From the NCBI GenBank assembly GCA_016789445.1, contig JAEUQT010000002.1, positions 227,857 through 291,856 on the forward strand: a stretch of DNA of 64,000 bases, given 5' to 3'. This DNA comes from a bacterium (GTDB taxonomy: Bacteria; Patescibacteriota; Minisyncoccia; Phycocordibacterales; UBA2100). The position numbers and the translations under genes were made by a program. Below the pieces are notes generated by a model. It did not search any database, was not told the DNA's origin, and was given only the letters and a program-made list of their open reading frames with translations. Shown in pieces: positions 36,642 to 46,338 of this stretch (positions are counted from its first letter, which is position 1; the number at the start of each line of letters is the position of its first letter).

Positions 36642-37424
36642 ATGAATCTCGTGTTCGATATCGGCGGGACGAACATGCGCATCGCGACCGCCGATGCTGA
36701 GTCCCTTGGTGAGATCCGGAAAGTCCCGACGCCGCAGGATTATGATGAGACCATCCGGGTTTTTGCTGCCATTGCGCGTGAAATCGCACCGCAAGGCATT
36801 GCGAAAGCCGCAGGCTGCATCGCCGCCCAGATCGATGAAGAACATGGCATCTACGATGCGGCGAACCGACTCCATTGGAACGGGAAGCATCTCGATAACG
36901 ACCTTTCGAGCGCGATAGGCGCTCGCAGCGTAATCGGCAACGACTGTGCGGTCATCGGGTTAGGGGAGAACGTGCGCGGTGGCGGTAGGGGATCAGACGA
37001 TATGGCGTACGTTACGGTTTCGACCGGTGTCGGAGCGGCGCACATCAAGAACGGTACGATGATGCCGTTCGACTCGTTCTTCTTCGGCCACGCTCCGATC
37101 GATGGTATGGAGCTGGAAAAGCTCATCTCAGGTACTGCCGTGCGTGCGAAGTACGGCATTGAACCGAAGGATCTGGATTCACTCGAAGAGAGGAACGCGT
37201 TGGCGGATACGCTGGCAAAAGGGCTCGTGCAGTTATGTGCGAAGTGGTCTCCCCAGATGATCGTACTCGGCGGCTCCATGATCGTAGGTCAGAATCCTAT
37301 TCCTCTCGAACGAGCGGCGGCGACCCTCGGCGCGCTGATGTCTGATGCTCCTCAGCTGCGGATGGCTGAGCTCAAAGACGAGGGCGGACTTATCGGCGGC
37401 ATGATACTTGCCGCGCGCTCATGA
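36642..37424 (+). CDS. ROK-family sugar kinase (glucokinase-like)
   Basis: LVFDIGGTNMR and VSTGVGAA motifs. Confidence 0.8.
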   Translation: MNLVFDIGGTNMRIATADAESLGEIRKVPTPQDYDETIRVFAAIAREIAPQGIAKAAGCIAAQIDEEHGIYDAANRLHWNGKHLDNDLSSAIGARSVIGNDCAVIGLGENVRGGGRGSDDMAYVTVSTGVGAAHIKNGTMMPFDSFFFGHAPIDGMELEKLISGTAVRAKYGIEPKDLDSLEERNALADTLAKGLVQLCAKWSPQMIVLGGSMIVGQNPIPLERAAATLGALMSDAPQLRMAELKDEGGLIGGMILAARS

Positions 37425-37455
37425 GAAAAAACGCCCTTCGGGCGGTTATTTCTTG
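37425..37455. terminator. Bidirectional terminator (aaaaaacgccc-ttc-gggcgg-ttatttctt)
   Basis: GC hairpin with an A-tract and a T-tract. Overlaps the stop of the convergent tandem-REC gene. Confidence 0.6.
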
Positions 37456-38207
37456 CTCAGGATTTCGGCAACGAGCGCGAGGATATCTTCCGGGGTACTC
37501 ATCGCTTTGACGAGGAATTTCTCCGCACCGAGCTCTTTCGCGCGGTCCATATCCTCCTGCTGGCTCAGGTTCGAAAGGATGACGACCGGAGTGGCCTTGG
37601 TGTCCGGATTCTCCTTTATCTTCTTCAGGATATCGAGCCCGTTCGCGCCGGGAAGGATGAGATCAAGAAGTACGATATCCGGCTTTTCGAGAGACTTCGT
37701 GATCGCCTCTTCAGCCGTCATGGCGTGGGAGACTTCGCACTTCTCGTTCTGCAGCTTCTTAAGAAGGACCGCCGAGAGGAACTGGTCATCTTCGACGACA
37801 AGGATCTTCTTACCTGCGAGCGCAGATATATCGCTCGTGTGGGGAAGTTGCGTGCGTACTTTCTCGAGAACCTCCTCCGGAGTGAATTGTGCCTTGATGA
37901 GATAGTCTTTAGCGCCCAATTTGATCATGCGCTCGATCTCCACCGGCTGACCGGAATTAGAGATGATGACGACCGGAATGTTGCGGATGCTCTCGTCGCG
38001 GGAAATCTCTTCCATGATCTCGTAGCCGTTCTTCGTCGGCAGAAGGATGTCCAAGAGGATGATATCAGGATGCGTCTTCCGGACGGTCTCGATGCCGACA
38101 GCGCCGTCAGTGACAAGACTTGCATCGTATCCGGAGGTATTCAATTTCTCGGTGATGACACTTCCGAGTACGGGGTCATCTTCGATGATAAGGACGCGTG
38201 ATTTCAT
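37446..38207 (-). CDS. Tandem receiver-domain response regulator (REC-REC, no output domain)
   Basis: Two REC domains, each with a DD...D...K signature (LIIEDD..LLDILLP; LVVEDD..LLDLILP). Confidence 0.85.
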   Translation of the reverse strand: MKSRVLIIEDDPVLGSVITEKLNTSGYDASLVTDGAVGIETVRKTHPDIILLDILLPTKNGYEIMEEISRDESIRNIPVVIISNSGQPVEIERMIKLGAKDYLIKAQFTPEEVLEKVRTQLPHTSDISALAGKKILVVEDDQFLSAVLLKKLQNEKCEVSHAMTAEEAITKSLEKPDIVLLDLILPGANGLDILKKIKENPDTKATPVVILSNLSQQEDMDRAKELGAEKFLVKAMSTPEDILALVAEILSKK

Positions 38208-39196
38208 GCGATCGGTAGGGTTATGGTTAGTATGGTACCTTTACCGACCTCGCTCGTAAAGCCGATAGTCCCCTGATGGTGGTCGATGATGTTCTTGGCG
38301 ATATAGAGACCGAGGCCTGAGCCGACGGTTTCAGTGAGGACGGCATTCGGCGCGCGGAAGAAGCGCTGGAAGATCTCTTTCTGATGTTCCGGTGGGATGC
38401 CGATACCGGTGTCTTTCACGCTCACCTCAACAGACTTCTCTTTCTTCTTCACGTCGATGGTCACGGAGCCGCCAGACGGCGTGTATTTGATCGCATTCTC
38501 AAGGATGTTCTGCACGACGACGCGCATGTTCTGGGGATCGATGGAAAGCGGCGGGACTTCCTCACGTGCGCCGTATCCGAGGTGGAGTTTGCGATGTTCG
38601 GCGAGAGGATTCACCTCGATGAGGATGTTATCGATGAGGTCGATGAGATTTGTCGGCTGGAAGGAGAACCGCATCGTACCGCTCTCCAGGCGATCGGCTT
38701 GGAGGAGATCGTTGATGAGCGTGATCATGCGCTCGTTGCTCTCGTAGGTTTTCAAGAGATAGGTGCGCTGCTCTGGCGTGAGCTGCCCCATTTCGCCGTT
38801 AAGCAGCATCGAGAGGGACCACTTGATGCCGGAGAGCGGCGTGCGCAGCTGGTGGGTGACGAGGGCCACGAATTCCGACTTCATCCTATCGAGCTGTTGC
38901 AGCTTCTCGTTTGCGCGGCTGAGCTCGAGGTCGCGCCGGATGAGGAGCTTCGCGCCGTGATCGAGCTGTGAATTGAGGCGCTTCAGGTCGTCGATCTGTT
39001 CCGGCGTGGAGGCGAAGGCCGGCATGATCGGCGGCTGTTTCGGGGCAAATATCTGGGTGCGGAAAAAAGCCACAACATACACCGCGGCGACGGCGATGAG
39101 TCCGGCGATGCGCCAGTCGCGGGTGAAAAGGATGATAAGGATAGCGGCGAGCGCGATCGAGCCGAGAACCAGGATTTCCTTACGCGTCGCCTGCAT
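38204..39196 (-). CDS. Sensor histidine kinase (2 TM, short periplasmic loop)
   Basis: VTHQLRTPL H-box, NILENAIKYT, DTGIGI, GSGLGLYIAKNI. 4-nt overlap with the REC-REC gene. Confidence 0.85.
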   Translation of the reverse strand: MQATRKEILVLGSIALAAILIILFTRDWRIAGLIAVAAVYVVAFFRTQIFAPKQPPIMPAFASTPEQIDDLKRLNSQLDHGAKLLIRRDLELSRANEKLQQLDRMKSEFVALVTHQLRTPLSGIKWSLSMLLNGEMGQLTPEQRTYLLKTYESNERMITLINDLLQADRLESGTMRFSFQPTNLIDLIDNILIEVNPLAEHRKLHLGYGAREEVPPLSIDPQNMRVVVQNILENAIKYTPSGGSVTIDVKKKEKSVEVSVKDTGIGIPPEHQKEIFQRFFRAPNAVLTETVGSGLGLYIAKNIIDHHQGTIGFTSEVGKGTILTITLPIA

Positions 39197-39200
39197 AGCA

Positions 39201-40397
39201 TTATTCGCCGATCACGCAGATGACGACGGTCTCGTTGTGGAATGCCGGGTTGCAGCGCTCGATATTGCGGATCTCGCCGCCCAGTGGTGCCTGCTCGCCG
39301 TAGGTGTAGAAACCGATGAGCGGGACTTGCGAACCGATCATCTCCTGGATGGCACTGATCTCGTCGCCGGCGTGCTCGCCGAAGAGCTTGTTACGCGCGA
39401 TGCAGTTGAAGATAACGACGAACTTCGCCGTCGCTCCTTCGAGCTGGTCCATGGCGTTCTTCGCTGCTTCTTTAGCCACCGCGACGGCATTCTCGCGACT
39501 GCCGACCATGAGCTGGATTTCCGATCCCATAGGCATTTCCGCCGCGCAGGTGATCGAGCCCTTGTCGTTGACGGTGAGCGGATCACGGATGAGCATTTCA
39601 TCGCTGCCTTCGACACGCATCCCGAGAGGGTAGGTGATGGCAAGCTTCGCGAGCGTTTCCTGCTTCAGAACCTTCGCTTCCTCTTCGCCGAAATATTCCT
39701 CGTAGATATGGATCGCCGGCTTGCCGTCGAGTTCGTGTACCGTCGCTCCTTCGGATTTCGTGACCTTCTTCGGTGCGCCGACCGGAATCCAGCCGTGCTT
39801 CACGCCGATACCTATCTTGAATTCGCCGGTGAGGCCTAATCCGACGACCGCTCCGGAATAGACTTTGTCGTTAAGATGCTGGTACGTCTTTTCGAATTTG
39901 AAATCGTCGCCGGAAGCGCCGCCGACGACCGGGAAGTGTTCACCTAAAGCCGCGAGGGCGCCACGCACGATATCAGCTCCGTTGCCGGCAAGTACGTCAG
40001 GAAACATCATGAATGCCTTAAGCGCTTCCTGGGCTTTCGCCTTCACGTCCTCGGCGGCTTTCTTGCCCGCCGCGAACGCGTCGGCGGCGATATCCTCGCC
40101 GACGCCGCCGAAGAAATGGATGCTATCCGAGGCGATCGCCATGACGGCGACCGAATGACGCTTCGCAGGGCCAGCGGTCGTGATCTCTCCGGCCGTGGTG
40201 GAGCCGACAAGAATGGCGTTGCCGCTCACCGAGCGGACCCCTGCGTTCACCTGCTCTTGATTGTAGTGGGATGATGCGCAGATGATAACGAGACCGGGTT
40301 CGACGCCGACGGTATTGACCGCTTGCTGTGCGGCATTTACCCCGACGATGTAACTATCTTCACCCTCTGCGAGACCGACGCCGACTTTTGTAGACAT
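39201..40397 (-). CDS. FIST-domain sensory protein (FIST_N + FIST_C)
   Basis: 398 aa with a bipartite FIST architecture. C-terminal FYTYGE motif. Heads the histidine-kinase / REC-REC operon. Confidence 0.65.
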   Translation of the reverse strand: MSTKVGVGLAEGEDSYIVGVNAAQQAVNTVGVEPGLVIICASSHYNQEQVNAGVRSVSGNAILVGSTTAGEITTAGPAKRHSVAVMAIASDSIHFFGGVGEDIAADAFAAGKKAAEDVKAKAQEALKAFMMFPDVLAGNGADIVRGALAALGEHFPVVGGASGDDFKFEKTYQHLNDKVYSGAVVGLGLTGEFKIGIGVKHGWIPVGAPKKVTKSEGATVHELDGKPAIHIYEEYFGEEEAKVLKQETLAKLAITYPLGMRVEGSDEMLIRDPLTVNDKGSITCAAEMPMGSEIQLMVGSRENAVAVAKEAAKNAMDQLEGATAKFVVIFNCIARNKLFGEHAGDEISAIQEMIGSQVPLIGFYTYGEQAPLGGEIRNIERCNPAFHNETVVICVIGE

Positions 40398-40466
40398 ACC
40401 GAAAGAGAAAACGAGTAATGTGCATCGATTTTATCACGCACCGATGGAGGAATCGTCGCTATCCAC

Positions 40467-41018
40467 TCAGAAACCGGCGCCGGGTTTGGCGAGGTATTCG
40501 AGCTCTTTCTTCGTCGAGCGACGCTTCAGGATCGCATTGCGATGGGGGAAGCGTCCGTAGGTATCGATGACGCGCTTATGTTCCTTGGCGTACCAGAGGT
40601 TCTCTTTCATCTTGAGTTTGGTGAAAAGCGCGACGGATTTCGCTTGGTCTGATCTCTTCTCCGAATGCATGAGCGGCATATAGAGGAAGATGCGTTCCAG
40701 CGGATGCAGCTTCCTATCCTCACGATTCTTCAATGCCTCCTTCGTAAGGCGCAGTGCGTATGCATCGGCCGCAAACGAGCGCGCATCTCCGCGGAAGATG
40801 TTCCGGGAGAACTGATCGAGAAGGATGATAAGAGCCAGCCGTCCGCGCGGCGTTGCCGCCCATGCTTTCAGGCGGCCTTTCTTTGCCTGCTCCAGTGCCT
40901 TACCGAATCTCTCTTTGATCTTCCGATCAGTCGCAAAGCTTTTCTCGAACCAGAATCTCTTGAAACGAGGAGTCCCGCCGCGTCCGAACCAGAATTCGAG
41001 GACTTTCTTCTCATCCAT
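40467..41018 (-). CDS. DUF924 family protein
   Basis: LILLDQFSRNIFRG...A..L core typical of DUF924. Confidence 0.55.
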   Translation of the reverse strand: MDEKKVLEFWFGRGGTPRFKRFWFEKSFATDRKIKERFGKALEQAKKGRLKAWAATPRGRLALIILLDQFSRNIFRGDARSFAADAYALRLTKEALKNREDRKLHPLERIFLYMPLMHSEKRSDQAKSVALFTKLKMKENLWYAKEHKRVIDTYGRFPHRNAILKRRSTKKELEYLAKPGAGF

Positions 41019-41019
41019 A

Positions 41020-43644
41020 TCAACGGTTCAGCTTACGGAATGCCCATTTCGTCGTCTCGACGAGGGCGATATTGACGATAAGCCAGACGATGATGATCCA
41101 GGCGAGGGAGAGGGGGATCGCGGCGAGCTGGAAGATGTCGCGTAAGAAGGGCACGCTTACGCTCGCGATGATGAGTATCGTCCCGAGGCCGACGCTCATG
41201 TTCAGGTACCGGTTATCGAAGATGGGGCGTGAGAAGAGCGAGGCGCGGAGGCTGCGGAAACAGTACGCGACGATGAGGCCGTAGAGCGCGAAACACACGA
41301 AGATGAGCGAATGTACCTGTTCCTGCGGCAAGCCGATACGCAGGAGGAACCAGTACATGCTGAAAAGAAGCGCTGAGGTGAGGATGCCGATTCCGAGCGT
41401 GAGCACCTTCACCTCACGCGTCAGGATCTCCGCACCGCGTTCGCGACGGGAATCGTATTCCTTATCGAACGCATACGAGAGGGCGGGGAGGCTATCGGCG
41501 AAGAAGTTCACCCAGATGATCTGGAGCGCAGAGAGGGGAAGCGGCAATCCGGCGACGAGGGAGCCGCCGATGAGGATGACCGCATCGAGGCAGGTCGAGG
41601 TGAGATACACGAAGACCTTGCGGATGTTCTCGAGTATGCGCCGGCCTTCTTCGATCGCGCGCACGATGGTCGTGAAGTTGTCGTCGAGAAGCACCAATCC
41701 GGCGACGCTCTTTGCGACGTCCGTCCCACTGCCGAGGGCGATGCCGATATCGACTGCCTTCAGCGATGGCGCGTCGTTCACGCCATCGCCGGTCATGGCG
41801 ACGATTTCTCCCGCTTTCTGGTAGAGCTTACCGATGCGCAGCTTATCCTCCGGCGTGACGCGCGCGAAGATGCGGATGCGTGAGATATCCGGCAGAAGCT
41901 CCTCATCGCTCAGACGGCGCAATTCCTCGCCGGATAGGGCATCGCCTTCGGGGACGTTCCAGCCAAGTTCGCGGGAGATCGCGATGGCGGTTCCTTTGAG
42001 ATCGCCCGTGAGCATGACCACGCGCGCGCCGAGCGATTCCATTCTTTTGATCGCGTCCTTCGCTTCGGGACGTATCGGATCCTGGAAGACGAGGACACCG
42101 AGGAAATCGAGATCGGACGCGTGATGCGGATGTGCCGGACCTCTCTTCAGGGTGCCGTGCTTCTCACGCGGGAAGCGTGCGACACCGAGGAGGCGTTTTC
42201 CTTCGGCGCTGACTTTCTGGATGTGTGCGTCCATCGCGAGGTAGTCATCCTTGGTGAGACGGCTGCGCTGCAAGAGGATATCCGGTGCGCCGAGTGCGAT
42301 GTATTCGTCCTTGTGGCGATGGCCGTTGATGGAGAATTTATTCGTCGAATTGAACGGCAGAAGCGGTATGCGGACCTTTGCTGCTTCGAAGACATCGAAA
42401 CCGTGCGTGTGTGCGGCGCGGGCGATGGCGGTCTCGATCGGCTTGCCGGAGAAGCGCCATTCGCTCTCCGGAGCGTCCGCGTTCTCGAGCACGATGTCGA
42501 CTCCCCAGAGGGCAGCAGCGAGGATGTCTTTCTCATCCGGTTTCAGGCTTTCGATAGAGCCTTGCTGTGCGGGGTCATCAAGCAGTTCCTTGCGTGTGCG
42601 GATATCGACGAGGCGCATGTTGGCTTCGGTCAGCGTGCCGGTCTTGTCGGTCATGATGACGCTCGCGCTGCCCAGCGTTTCCGCAGCGGCGAGGTTGCGC
42701 ATGATGCCCTTACGGGTCGCAAGGCGTTCGACGCCGACGGCGAGGATGACGGTGAGTGCGATAGGGAGCGCTTCGGGGATAGCGCCCACTGAGATCGCAA
42801 CAGCCATGAGCATCATCTCGAAGATGGGTTCGCCGCGCATGATGCCGAGGAAGAATATCGCCGCGACGAGGAACGTGATGCCCGCGAAGATCATCCAGCC
42901 GAGACGCCCGAGCGCTTTCTGGAGCGGGGTGTGCTCTCGTTTCGTGGTGTCGACGAGCTCGGCGATCCTGCCGATCTCCGTATAGCGGCCGGTGGTCGTC
43001 ACCAGCGCGAGAGCGGATCCTTCAACCACCAGTGTCCCCGCGAAAACCATGTTCGTGCGCTCCGGAAGCACGGTGCCTTCAGAGAGCTCTTCAGTGATCT
43101 TATGTATCGGCAGCGACTCGCCGGTAAGTACGGATTCATCGACCGAAAGCTCGTTCGCTTCGATGAGGCGTGCATCAGAAGGGATGCGTGAGCCGTACGA
43201 GAGATGGATGACGTCTCCCGGAACCAGAAGGGTCGAGTCGACTTCCTGTTCGGTGCTGTCACGGATGACGCGTGCGCGTTCCTTTATATAGGTAGTGAGC
43301 TTCTCGAGCGTCGCTTCGGCACGATATTCCTGATAGAAACCTAAGCCGGCGTTCACGAGTATGGCAAGCAGGATGACGACGGTGTCGATCCACTCCTTGA
43401 GGAAGATGGTCAGCATCGCGGCGCCGACGAGGATGAAAATAAGCGGTGACGAGAACTGTTGGAGAAGAATCCCGAGGACCGTGAAGCGTTTCGGTCGCGG
43501 AAGAGAATTCGTCCCGAAGTGCCGTAAGCGCAGATCTGCCTCTTTCTCCGCGAGTCCGGATCGTGCTGAATGGAATCTTTCGAGGACCTGCTCCACGCTG
43601 AGCGCCCATGCGAATGTCTGCTTCTGCTCGTGCATTTCAGACAT
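41020..43644 (-). CDS. Cation-translocating P-type ATPase (type II Ca2+/Mg2+-type)
   Basis: DKTGTLT phosphorylation site, TGDGVNDAPSLKAVDIGIA hinge, about 10 TM helices. Confidence 0.9.
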   Translation of the reverse strand: MSEMHEQKQTFAWALSVEQVLERFHSARSGLAEKEADLRLRHFGTNSLPRPKRFTVLGILLQQFSSPLIFILVGAAMLTIFLKEWIDTVVILLAILVNAGLGFYQEYRAEATLEKLTTYIKERARVIRDSTEQEVDSTLLVPGDVIHLSYGSRIPSDARLIEANELSVDESVLTGESLPIHKITEELSEGTVLPERTNMVFAGTLVVEGSALALVTTTGRYTEIGRIAELVDTTKREHTPLQKALGRLGWMIFAGITFLVAAIFFLGIMRGEPIFEMMLMAVAISVGAIPEALPIALTVILAVGVERLATRKGIMRNLAAAETLGSASVIMTDKTGTLTEANMRLVDIRTRKELLDDPAQQGSIESLKPDEKDILAAALWGVDIVLENADAPESEWRFSGKPIETAIARAAHTHGFDVFEAAKVRIPLLPFNSTNKFSINGHRHKDEYIALGAPDILLQRSRLTKDDYLAMDAHIQKVSAEGKRLLGVARFPREKHGTLKRGPAHPHHASDLDFLGVLVFQDPIRPEAKDAIKRMESLGARVVMLTGDLKGTAIAISRELGWNVPEGDALSGEELRRLSDEELLPDISRIRIFARVTPEDKLRIGKLYQKAGEIVAMTGDGVNDAPSLKAVDIGIALGSGTDVAKSVAGLVLLDDNFTTIVRAIEEGRRILENIRKVFVYLTSTCLDAVILIGGSLVAGLPLPLSALQIIWVNFFADSLPALSYAFDKEYDSRRERGAEILTREVKVLTLGIGILTSALLFSMYWFLLRIGLPQEQVHSLIFVCFALYGLIVAYCFRSLRASLFSRPIFDNRYLNMSVGLGTILIIASVSVPFLRDIFQLAAIPLSLAWIIIVWLIVNIALVETTKWAFRKLNR

Positions 43645-43792
43645 TATGGCATGCCTGCTCTAACCCCTGTCCCGCATGGGGAAGGGGATTTGCATCCTTG
43701 TCAAAAATATGGTAGTAAGCGGACGGTTTAAGGAACCCCTTCGGGTGCCGAAATGGCCCCGGAGGACGGCAGGCTCAGAAAGGAAAGAGAGC

Positions 43793-44560
43793 ATGCATAG
43801 AACATTGAAATGGTTCGCAACGGCATTCATGCTTGCTGCGGTCGTATCGACTGCTGCAGAAGCGGCTGGTAAGGTGCGGAAAACAGAGATCTCGTACACA
43901 CACGATGACTGGAACCTCCAGAGCATGGTGAGTAGTCCCTATGCGGGCAGTCGAAAGAAAGCGGCGTTCCTGCCTGGGCCGGGAACCGGAAAAGCTGGCA
44001 ATCTCAGCGTTAACGGTCTCGGCGATCTCTATCAAGTGATCGGTATGGCATGCCAAGTCGGCGGCCTCGGACTTACGGTCGCATCGTTGGCAAGTGCTGC
44101 GGTCGGCAACGTACCGGGAACCGTAGTCGGCGGGCTCTGCCTTGCGCAGCAGCTCCTCGGACTTGGTATGCCTCCGCCTCCTCCGACCGTCGTCAGACTG
44201 CCGGATCGGCATCAGGTCATCGTGATCCCGATGCCGCAGCAGGAGACGCCTGGTCCGCACGAATACTTCCGTCCGGCACCGCAAGGTCCACCAGCGGAAA
44301 AGAGCGTGCCAGTGCCGGAAGGGATTCCGACGGCGAAAGCACCTGGAGATGGAAAATCGGCCGAAGTTCCGCCGATACAGAAGGCTCCGGTAGCGAAAAC
44401 CAAACAGGAAGCACCCAAGGAAGCCCCGAAGGTGCGCATTCCTGATGGTCCTCAGCAGGATGCTGAGGCTGCTCCGTCGCGGGTGTCGCAGTTCGGTGCT
44501 CCGCGCCTGAATTCCGCTGATGTCGTTACGACCTTGCTCAGCCCGCTGAATAGGCGGTAA
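43793..44560 (+). CDS. Secreted Pro-rich hypothetical protein
   Basis: Signal peptide. Good RBS aggaaagaga. PPPPTVV and PxxP-rich C-terminal half. Confidence 0.5.
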   Translation: MHRTLKWFATAFMLAAVVSTAAEAAGKVRKTEISYTHDDWNLQSMVSSPYAGSRKKAAFLPGPGTGKAGNLSVNGLGDLYQVIGMACQVGGLGLTVASLASAAVGNVPGTVVGGLCLAQQLLGLGMPPPPPTVVRLPDRHQVIVIPMPQQETPGPHEYFRPAPQGPPAEKSVPVPEGIPTAKAPGDGKSAEVPPIQKAPVAKTKQEAPKEAPKVRIPDGPQQDAEAAPSRVSQFGAPRLNSADVVTTLLSPLNRR

Positions 44561-44564
44561 GAGC

Positions 44565-44606
44565 TGCCTGCAGCCGATCTTTGATCGGCTGCAGGAAACC
44601 TTTCTC
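44565..44606 (+). terminator. Hairpin cctgcagccgatc-tttg-atcggctgcagg
   Basis: 12-bp stem directly after the stop. U-tract moderate. Confidence 0.45.
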
Positions 44607-44681
44607 GTGAACGTTATCCTTGGGATATGCATGTCCCCGGGAATGCCTTCACGAGGCATTTGATCTTCGAAGAAAGGACAC

Positions 44682-45173
44682 ATGATGAAGCGTTTTTCGC
44701 TTGCGATCGTAGCCGCGCTCAGCGTGGCAATGATGGCGATGCCGGCAGATGCCGGCCAGAAGGGCGGCGGTCACGGCGGCTGGAAGGGAGGTGGTCATAC
44801 GTCCAAGACGTATAACAACAACTGGAATCGGAATTCGAACAAGAATTTCAATTTCAACAAGAATTCCAGCAGGTCGACGGCCAGCGTGAACATCAAGATG
44901 GGCAACAACTTCGATGTCGGCAGCGCCCTCAACGGCGCGGCCAGTATCATCGGGGCGCTCAATCCGGCGCCGGGGCCCAGCATCCGTGTCACGGGCGGCA
45001 ATACGTACGTCCAAGTCGTCTTCGGCGGCGCACCGGCTGCATATCCGGTGGGTCCGATGAAGGGCGATCCGAGCGTCGTTACGACGCGTCCGCCGAACCC
45101 CTCGTGCCCGAGCGGCAAGGTCTGGTTCAACAATCCGGAAGATCCGGAGCAGAGCGGCTGCGTCTACAAGTAG
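44682..45173 (+). CDS. Small secreted Gly/Asn-rich hypothetical protein
   Basis: Signal peptide MMKRFSLAIVAALSVAMMAMPADA. Strong terminator follows. Confidence 0.45.
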   Translation: MMKRFSLAIVAALSVAMMAMPADAGQKGGGHGGWKGGGHTSKTYNNNWNRNSNKNFNFNKNSSRSTASVNIKMGNNFDVGSALNGAASIIGALNPAPGPSIRVTGGNTYVQVVFGGAPAAYPVGPMKGDPSVVTTRPPNPSCPSGKVWFNNPEDPEQSGCVYK

Positions 45174-45183
45174 CCTTCTTCAG

Positions 45184-45222
45184 TGCCCGCAGTCTTTGAC
45201 TGCGGGCACATTTACTTTTATA
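45184..45222 (+). terminator. Rho-independent terminator (gtgcccgcagtc-tttg-actgcgggcac + atttactttta)
   Basis: 11-bp stem plus a T-rich tail. Confidence 0.65.
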
Positions 45223-45223
45223 T

Positions 45224-45240
45224 ATAATCGTGATATAATT
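45224..45240 (+). promoter_or_regulatory. Candidate -10 elements (tatataat / gatataat) upstream of the L,D-transpeptidase gene
   Basis: Two TATAAT-like hexamers 30-45 nt upstream of a GGAGGG RBS and a TTG start. Confidence 0.3.
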
Positions 45241-45269
45241 ATTCCAGTCGATTGCAAACGGAGGGTGAC

Positions 45270-45953
45270 TTGAAAAACTTCCTATCGGCCGCATCCATGG
45301 CCATATTCTTTCTCTGGTGCGCACCTGCGCATGCGGAGAAATGCAATCTCGGCGCGGAAGTTCCGCACCGCGTATCCCTCTCGGGATCCGTGGTCGTGAT
45401 CTTCCGTGATGATCAATGCTTCGGCGTCTACGAAAACGGTCGCATCGCGCATCGCGATGTGAGCGAGAGCGGTTGGTACGTTCGTCGGCCGCTCTATGGC
45501 TGGGCATCAACCGGCAGTGACGCAAACGCGACACCGCTGAGTGATCCGAGTCAGGGACCGCAGCGTGTCGTCCGGAGCTCGCGCGACCATCGTTCGAAAG
45601 AGATCCGGATCAAGGTAGGTGGCCGCTGGGTTGATGCGCCGATGCCGTTCGCGCTCTTCTTTGACGCGAATGGACGGGCGATCCATGCGGGATATGTCCG
45701 ACGTGAACGTGCTTCGCACGGATGCGTACGGATCCCGATGGCAGCAGCCCAGGCTCTTTTCGACGGCTTTGATCATCGTTCGCTGCAGATCATCATTGTA
45801 AGTAACCGCGACGCATTGCAAGAGCAATGGGAGCGCGGATCTTCCAGTGATCCAATCGTCGCTACGGAGCGGCCTCGGAATCTGCAGGTGTTTCCCTGGA
45901 ACGGAGTCAATTTCGGAGCACAGTTTCCGAATTTCGAATTCGAATCCGAGTAA
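45270..45953 (+). CDS. L,D-transpeptidase (YkuD catalytic domain) protein
   Basis: HAGYV...SHGCVRIP catalytic His/Cys motif. Signal peptide. TTG start 5 nt after GGAGGG (alternatives 45252 or 45297). Confidence 0.75.
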   Translation: MKNFLSAASMAIFFLWCAPAHAEKCNLGAEVPHRVSLSGSVVVIFRDDQCFGVYENGRIAHRDVSESGWYVRRPLYGWASTGSDANATPLSDPSQGPQRVVRSSRDHRSKEIRIKVGGRWVDAPMPFALFFDANGRAIHAGYVRRERASHGCVRIPMAAAQALFDGFDHRSLQIIIVSNRDALQEQWERGSSSDPIVATERPRNLQVFPWNGVNFGAQFPNFEFESE

Positions 45954-45955
45954 TG

Positions 45956-45993
45956 TATCCCGCGATCGAGCAATCGATCGCGGGATTTTTTCA
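45956..45993 (+). terminator. Rho-independent terminator (atcccgcgatcga-gcaa-tcgatcgcgggat + tttttt)
   Basis: 13-bp stem plus T6. Confidence 0.7.
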
Positions 45994-46064
45994 TACATGC
46001 TTCACCGCATGTGCGCATGCTTATCGGCAAAGGTCGATTATTTTTTCTCTAGCAAGGAATATGT

Positions 46065-46247
46065 ATGTGGCAGCAATGGATTAATGCGCTACTCGGTCTC
46101 TGGATCGTGGCACTGCCGTTCATCGGCATACAGTCCTCGAGTGCTTTCACCTGGACGCTCGCGGTGAGCGGCATCGTGATTGCGCTTCTTGCGGCATGGG
46201 GTGCGATGGAGCAGCAGGAATCCGAGCGATATAGCATGGGTATGTAA
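46065..46247 (+). CDS. Small 2-TM membrane protein (60 aa)
   Basis: Two hydrophobic helices. A modest RBS aaggaat lies upstream. Confidence 0.3.
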   Translation: MWQQWINALLGLWIVALPFIGIQSSSAFTWTLAVSGIVIALLAAWGAMEQQESERYSMGM

Positions 46248-46338
46248 TCGGGAAGGCGCAGCGGGAGCATGCTGCGCCTTCTTCATGGAGCGTGGAAAAC
46301 TTTTTGACCGTCACGGTCAGCGGCGCTAGAGTGACGAC

